A stretch of DNA of 64,000 nt from a virus (taxonomy: Duplodnaviria > Heunggongvirae > Uroviricota > Caudoviricetes): the IMG/VR virus record IMGVR_UViG_3300035661_000015, positions 64,001-128,000 of that record; one strand, 5' to 3'. The translations under genes were made by a program, and so were the position numbers. Under the pieces are notes generated by a model, which worked only from the letters and a program-made list of their open reading frames with translations, had not been told where the DNA came from and did not search any database. Shown here in pieces: positions 58,714 to 64,000 of the stretch (position 1 is the first letter of the stretch; every line of letters begins with the position of its first letter).

Positions 58714-60837
58714 TTACCTTTTATAAATGGTTGGGATGGCCGCCCCTCTAAACCAGTCGGGGCAAGACGAATACATTTCGCCCCCTTTACTTTTCTCGCT
58801 CATATGCCCAAGAATACCGCCGATTGCCAAATCATTTTTGGGCTCATTAAATCGCGTAAGTCTACGGGCGGCATAGTTCGCCATAATAATGGCCGAGTAG
58901 CGGTCTTTCTTCATACGACCCTTTTTCATATCGGGCGTTTTTGTTTCGGGCGTATCCCAGTGTTCTTTACCAGTCTTTTCAGTCCTTGTAACAACAATCG
59001 ATGCCAATTCGGTTTTAATTTCCTGAATTTCAATAGAGCATTCTTCAAGGGTGTCAAATTCACGCTTATTTAAGTTATCATCTTCACATGCGACAGACAT
59101 TGTGATTGGGTCAACATAGGGAAAAAGAATAGCCTTGTCTTCAAGGTCTTTTCTCATCGCATTGTTACTCATGGTCATATATTCAGATTGACCGAACTGG
59201 ACCATCTCAACGATATGTTTGCCCGGCATATCATCTTCCGGCTTTTCTTTTGCCGTACCAAAAATATGATCTTTATTAATTTCCCAAATAGGTACTTCAC
59301 CGACCTTTAATTTGTCTTTGTCGTGTAACGCCTCAAGAATACTTTTACCGCCGCCCTGGCTATCCATAGAAATTAATTCAATATCAAATTTCTGCATAAG
59401 GGTTCTAATTTTACGGGCGACATAACTATTATATTCGTTCTCTTCGACAAGACCTTTGGTGACTTGCTCTTTGTGCTTTTTAAGATTGGTGGTCCAACAA
59501 TAAACGACACGCCGATGGTCCGGATGGACTTCTAATACGACAAGGGCCAAATTATCTTGAGACATAGCGGGGTCAATACCCATAACATATTTGCAACCAT
59601 GAGTACCCTTAAGCATCGGATTAAATTGAACCGGGCCGGATGGTAATTGGATGGGCTCATTACAAGTGCAACTATGAATAAGTGACATCTTAAAGAAGCC
59701 GTTTGAATCTTTACTAAATACCGCGTTATACTCGTTACCGAATAGGTTTTCGGGCAATGAGAGTTTTGAGCGTGATATGTTAACCATGTCCATGAATCCC
59801 TCTGGGAACAAGTAATAGGGGACGCGAATAACGGCGTAGTGCTCCCAATTAAAATTCTCCTCGACTTGGCCCCTACCAAAAATACTCTCTAACTTTTCCG
59901 GATCGCCCTCGGTATTTATAATATCAGTATACTTTTTAAAATACTTGGAGAAATGGCCGAAGTCATAATCAGCCGTACCTAGAATAATTGATTGGTTGGG
60001 GCGTTTGGCGAATTTATGGACCTCTTCCTGTTCGGGCGTCCATAGGCCCCTTTCCTTAAGGAATCTTCTTTTTGCCGAATCGACCACATTCTGATAGGGG
60101 TCACTTGAGGTTGCACCGAACCCCTGAATAACTTCCTCATAAATCTGGGGGTTCTGACTCTGAAATTCGTCCGCAATAACAATATTCGCACGGAAACCAC
60201 GAATCTTTTTACCGTCACCAATAGGAATAGCCGAAGCTTCCGATCGCCCAATTGTCATGGTCCATCTATCATTATACTTTTTAATTCCGGAACTAGGATC
60301 ATTGCCGATCAAGTCTTTAAGAATAGGAGACGAGTTATACATCTTCTCCATATATTCAAAGATAAGACGTGACTGACGGAAACCAACGCCCACCATAATC
60401 ACCTTTGTTCCCTGATACAATAGGAGCATAAGAATAATGTATAGGGCGATTGTGAAAGTTTTAGATCCACCACGACAAGCAATAACTAGCGGGAAGGGGT
60501 GCTCAAACATGACCTTTAACCAAAGGGCCTGAAACGGCAAAACATTAATGCCGAAGAAGTATTTTGCGGCGAATGGAAAATAATCGGGGTCTCTCAAAAG
60601 CCTAAGTAAATCTTTACCTGGGTCTTCTCCGAAATTAATATATTCTTTTAGGGGGTTTTTCGAGTCCCTTAAAAGTTGCATTGTCTCTTCAAAGCCAATA
60701 CCATAGGTGGCCAAACACGACGCATAATATTCTATATCATTACTCTGATCATCTACCTTAAAGATTCGGCCATACTTAGCCTCTTTCCTATCCTTAACCT
60801 TGATGTAGTAATTTTTATGACCCTTGGCTTTATTCAT
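58714..60837 (-). CDS. terL: Terminase large subunit
   Basis: PFQ; Walker A ACRGGSKT; IRGFRANIVIADEFQ; RNase H-like GIDPA, DSQGGG, KDRYSA. Confidence 0.9.
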   Translation of the reverse strand: MNKAKGHKNYYIKVKDRKEAKYGRIFKVDDQSNDIEYYASCLATYGIGFEETMQLLRDSKNPLKEYINFGEDPGKDLLRLLRDPDYFPFAAKYFFGINVLPFQALWLKVMFEHPFPLVIACRGGSKTFTIALYIILMLLLYQGTKVIMVGVGFRQSRLIFEYMEKMYNSSPILKDLIGNDPSSGIKKYNDRWTMTIGRSEASAIPIGDGKKIRGFRANIVIADEFQSQNPQIYEEVIQGFGATSSDPYQNVVDSAKRRFLKERGLWTPEQEEVHKFAKRPNQSIILGTADYDFGHFSKYFKKYTDIINTEGDPEKLESIFGRGQVEENFNWEHYAVIRVPYYLFPEGFMDMVNISRSKLSLPENLFGNEYNAVFSKDSNGFFKMSLIHSCTCNEPIQLPSGPVQFNPMLKGTHGCKYVMGIDPAMSQDNLALVVLEVHPDHRRVVYCWTTNLKKHKEQVTKGLVEENEYNSYVARKIRTLMQKFDIELISMDSQGGGKSILEALHDKDKLKVGEVPIWEINKDHIFGTAKEKPEDDMPGKHIVEMVQFGQSEYMTMSNNAMRKDLEDKAILFPYVDPITMSVACEDDNLNKREFDTLEECSIEIQEIKTELASIVVTRTEKTGKEHWDTPETKTPDMKKGRMKKDRYSAIIMANYAARRLTRFNEPKNDLAIGGILGHMSEKSKGGEMYSSCPDWFRGAAIPTIYKR

Positions 60838-61300
60838 TTCTACCCTCTAGTATTTTGCCCATCTTCTTAAAAATTATCTTACAGATATTTCTACCATTTC
60901 CTTCAGCCAGTATAATTTTTGTTTTATAATTTATATGGTAGTCATAAAGGGTACTCTCGATAAACTTAGCCGATACCTGTAAATCTTTCCACTTATTTTC
61001 GGGGATACCACTATCAGCGGGAAAATTAAGGATGTCGTCTATAGAGAAGTCCAAAATTAAAAAGGGCCACCTGAATTTCTCTAGTCGTTCTAACTCTCTT
61101 TTAAAGCGGGCCTGAGTTATATTCTGGGCAAATTCGCCCGTATTCTTTTTCCGCTCAATAACGAACTCCCCCTCAAGACCCTCTATGGTATAGTCGCCCG
61201 TACTGAGAGTTCTTATTTCGGTGCCCCAACAATCACTGTCCATCTCCCAGTGCCAACTCCCCTCCCTCTCCCTCGTGTCCTTTATTATCTTGTATTTCAT
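60830..61300 (-). CDS. ERCC4/XPF-family nuclease
   Basis: DTRE; LSTGDY; IERK; ELERL. Confidence 0.82.
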   Translation of the reverse strand: MKYKIIKDTREREGSWHWEMDSDCWGTEIRTLSTGDYTIEGLEGEFVIERKKNTGEFAQNITQARFKRELERLEKFRWPFLILDFSIDDILNFPADSGIPENKWKDLQVSAKFIESTLYDYHINYKTKIILAEGNGRNICKIIFKKMGKILEGRNE

Positions 61301-61652
61301 CTGGTTTCTTTCCGTATTTAATTAAAAGAATGTTTGTGGGCGAGCCGGTCCTTTTTATATTTGCAAGAACCTTGGACATGAAAAGAGGCTCAAAAGATTC
61401 CTCTTTTCCGTTAACCCTTCTAGAGTGACATGACACACACAGGACGACCCCATTATTAATGTCGTATCTAAGATATTCAAAGTTCGCCCACCTTTTTATG
61501 TGATGAACGTGGAACTTGGTCCGAACCAAATTTTTGTCACATAGCTGACACCGCTTGCCATCTCTGGCTACAACCGCGTTACGCCACTTCCAATATAATT
61601 CATCATCAAGTTCTCTGGGGTTTTTCCAGACCTTCTTACGCCTTTTTGCCAT
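61233..61652 (-). CDS. HNH endonuclease
   Basis: WRNAVVARDGKRCQLC; HVHHI; NGVVLCVSCH. Confidence 0.88.
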   Translation of the reverse strand: MAKRRKKVWKNPRELDDELYWKWRNAVVARDGKRCQLCDKNLVRTKFHVHHIKRWANFEYLRYDINNGVVLCVSCHSRRVNGKEESFEPLFMSKVLANIKRTGSPTNILLIKYGKKPDEIQDNKGHEGEGGELALGDGQ

Positions 61653-62568
61653 TTTTCACCGTCTTCGATGTAAGAATTGGTCGTCCCCATTCACCGTCCG
61701 AGTACTGGTGTTCGGCCCCAAGCATTTCCTCTTGTTTTTTAACAGCCGCCTTAACCAGTTTCATAGAATCGCCCTCACGCCTCTTAACATCTTCCTCACC
61801 AAGTTCTACAATGAGGCCGATGTAACTCTGTCTCTTACTGTTTTCCAGCTTAGAAATACGCTGGTCTCTGGTCGATTTCAAACTCTTCCTAATGTCTAAC
61901 ATCTTTTCTGAATTATTTTTATATTCGATTCCGGAAGACTGTTGGCATGAGCGGAGAATGTTAAGTTGGTTTTCTAGTTGCTGAATCATATTAATACTAT
62001 CTTCGCGATTCTTATCATTGATATTAGCCAAGAGCTTATCAATCTCTTTATGGATATTATCCATTTGGGACAAGACCCGCCGCTTCTCTTTTAAATTTCT
62101 ATGCAGAAGAACGTGGTACTTAACAAGGTCGAAAACCGAACTCTCTTCAATCATATTAATATCTTCGAGGGTACTCATGATTTTGCCGTACTCGTGCTCG
62201 AAAATAAAAAACTCGTCGGGCATTAGTTCCTGGGTAATCTGTTTCCACTCGGGCCGCTTTTTTAATTCAATAACAGCCCGCTGTATTTCAATCGAGTCCT
62301 GTACAATATCATCACCCAATAGAAGCTCTTTTTGACGCACATTCCTAATATTGGTTTCGTGCCGATTCATTTGGGCCGCTATTTCAATATCATCAAAGCC
62401 CAGTTGAAAAAGCCGTATAAGTTCTTCCCTTTCAGCCTTACTCATTGGGCCGGACTTTTTATAAGAACCATTTTTTATAGCCACTTCCTTGGCCGCCGCC
62501 TTAGTCGCCGCCTTAGCCTTACGATGTTCCTTAAGAATGTCGTGCCCACTCTTTTCTACTTTAGCCAT
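61636..62568 (-). CDS. HTH plus coiled-coil protein, terminase small subunit candidate
   Basis: DIEIAAQMNR HTH-like; long coiled coil; near terL. Confidence 0.45.
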   Translation of the reverse strand: MAKVEKSGHDILKEHRKAKAATKAAAKEVAIKNGSYKKSGPMSKAEREELIRLFQLGFDDIEIAAQMNRHETNIRNVRQKELLLGDDIVQDSIEIQRAVIELKKRPEWKQITQELMPDEFFIFEHEYGKIMSTLEDINMIEESSVFDLVKYHVLLHRNLKEKRRVLSQMDNIHKEIDKLLANINDKNREDSINMIQQLENQLNILRSCQQSSGIEYKNNSEKMLDIRKSLKSTRDQRISKLENSKRQSYIGLIVELGEEDVKRREGDSMKLVKAAVKKQEEMLGAEHQYSDGEWGRPILTSKTVKNGKKA

Positions 62569-63223
62569 TTAAAAAATCCTCCAAACTCTCGAACCTCCCA
62601 TCCTCAATTATAATTTTCTTTACGGCCCCCCTAACCTCTTCTTTTACAGTCGTCGGCACCGAAACGCCCGCAACCATTCTTAGAAAATGAGAACGAAGAT
62701 TGGCTGAAAGTTTATAGTCGATGATGTCGATAAGATCGTCACGTTCAGTTAATTCGTCGGTGTAAAAAACCTGATCTTCAACACCTGGATCAAAAATACT
62801 TTGAGGGGAGTTAATAGATTGCTTTGAGTCATTTTTAATCTTCCAAATTCTGTATAATTCGCAATTGTCCTTCTCGTCGAAAGATAAACAGCCACTATTC
62901 GATCTCTTAAATTTTTTATCAAAAGATGAGCATCCAACACAGGGCTTTTCACAGCGGGCCGTATTGTCGCGTTGAAAGTTTCTTAGGCGATTATTCAAGT
63001 GGACAAAGAGAATATTTTCAAGGGGGCGTTTGCCGTCGTACTTACCGCCACGTAAAAAGGTGAGGGCAATGATATGGGCCTCTTGGGTCAAATCTTCGGC
63101 TGAGTGAAAACTGAATTGATATTTGGGGCCAAGATAAGCCATTACTTTTTCGACCATCTCGTAGAAGGCTTGTTCGGTCGTATTTGCACTTTTGTAATGA
63201 TCACTCATTTTTAGGGGCTCCAT
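62561..63223 (-). CDS. Sigma70-like transcription factor with Cys-rich insert
   Basis: AEDLTQEA..., YDGKRPLENILF.HL.NRLRNF (region 2 pattern); heads the structural operon. Confidence 0.65.
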   Translation of the reverse strand: MEPLKMSDHYKSANTTEQAFYEMVEKVMAYLGPKYQFSFHSAEDLTQEAHIIALTFLRGGKYDGKRPLENILFVHLNNRLRNFQRDNTARCEKPCVGCSSFDKKFKRSNSGCLSFDEKDNCELYRIWKIKNDSKQSINSPQSIFDPGVEDQVFYTDELTERDDLIDIIDYKLSANLRSHFLRMVAGVSVPTTVKEEVRGAVKKIIIEDGRFESLEDFLNG

Positions 63224-63371
63224 CTTCGTTATCGACTAGGGTACGAAACCGGGCGAATTCATTTTTAATTTCGGTTTCAGTTGTGGTGGTTTTATTTAGG
63301 TCCGATGCTACTAAGGTTTTAGCTTTTTCCGTAGGGGCTAACAAAACCTCTTTTATTTTTATATTTGACAT
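63201..63371 (-). CDS. Small hypothetical protein (56 aa)
   Basis: ATG at 63371 within ORF 63201..63521. Confidence 0.35.
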   Translation of the reverse strand: MSNIKIKEVLLAPTEKAKTLVASDLNKTTTTETEIKNEFARFRTLVDNEDGAPKNE

Positions 63372-63929
63372 ACTTGAGTACTCCAATAGTTGGTAAGTGG
63401 TTAACACTACTATATATATACCCCGCAATACAGTTAGTGGTTCAAATTGATAAGCGGAGAAAGTTAGGTGTGGATTTATTACGATAGATATGACTAGAAA
63501 GACTGATACTTTATGTATCAAATTCTTAGGGGTGAAACTGATTAGTTTGTCGCAGAACTTTTTCGGAGATATAAGATGGGATTATTAGCGGAGAAATATA
63601 GGTGGGGTCAATAGATGTAGAATTACTAGAAACCCTGTTACTTTAAGCAACAAGGTTTTAGGGGCGACTTCGGAATTGTCGTTGGGCGAAATTAACGAAG
63701 GCCCCCTTATTTCTCCGCTCATGAATTTTCTTCAAAAGGGTGAGGCCACTAGCTTTGAAGGGCGAAAGCCCGATATGAGAAGATTGGGTAGGACAAACTG
63801 TAGAGGGACGAGTCACGGGATATTAGAACAAGAATTGACATACGACTAAAACATAAAGTTCATAATCACTAGCACATTCATTTTGGTCAGGGCTTGATCT
63901 TGAATGCTAAGACCTAAATTCCTTTTTTC

Positions 63930-63962
63930 ATTTTAATCAATGTCAAAAATCTTGTCAAGGGG
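63930..63962 (-). promoter_or_regulatory. Sigma70-type promoter, near-identical to the one at 48610
   Basis: Minus strand CCCCTTGACA, 17-bp spacer, TAAAAT. Confidence 0.7.
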
Positions 63963-64000
63963 TAAGTGGCAAAAAGGGAAAATTTTTTTATTTTCTTTTT

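Noticed and set aside
63365-63395. Plus-strand promoter at TTGACA 63365
   Set aside because: There is no -10 hexamer at 16-18 bp spacing.

Overview
This window is a fragment of a large, AT-rich (roughly 37% GC by eye) tailed dsDNA phage genome, probably a siphovirus: it has a 2123-aa tape measure protein and no recognisable sheath gene. Two gene blocks converge on a bidirectional terminator at about 34.48 kb. The plus-strand block (1-34.4 kb) carries a bacterial-type replisome (DnaB, DnaG, DnaE split into two genes around a DEDDh exonuclease with an HNH intein in the second half, SSB, dUTPase, dNMP kinase). It also carries a Cas4/RecB-like nuclease, an RNA ligase with an apparently non-canonical start, exported small proteins including a CAP-domain protein, and a roughly 15 kb glycosylation island. 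The minus-strand block (34.5-63.4 kb) carries a sigma-like factor, terminase, HNH and ERCC4 nucleases, portal, protease/scaffold, capsid, neck, tail tube, a tRNA-Leu(UAG), the tape measure and tail proteins. The strongest unexplained signal is a dispersed bipartite DNA element, AGCGGAGAAA-N2-11-GGGG(CG). I counted at least 23 exact core copies by eye, on both strands, in all three reading frames and as head-to-head palindromes at gene junctions. All product calls come from motifs read by eye; no database searches were run.
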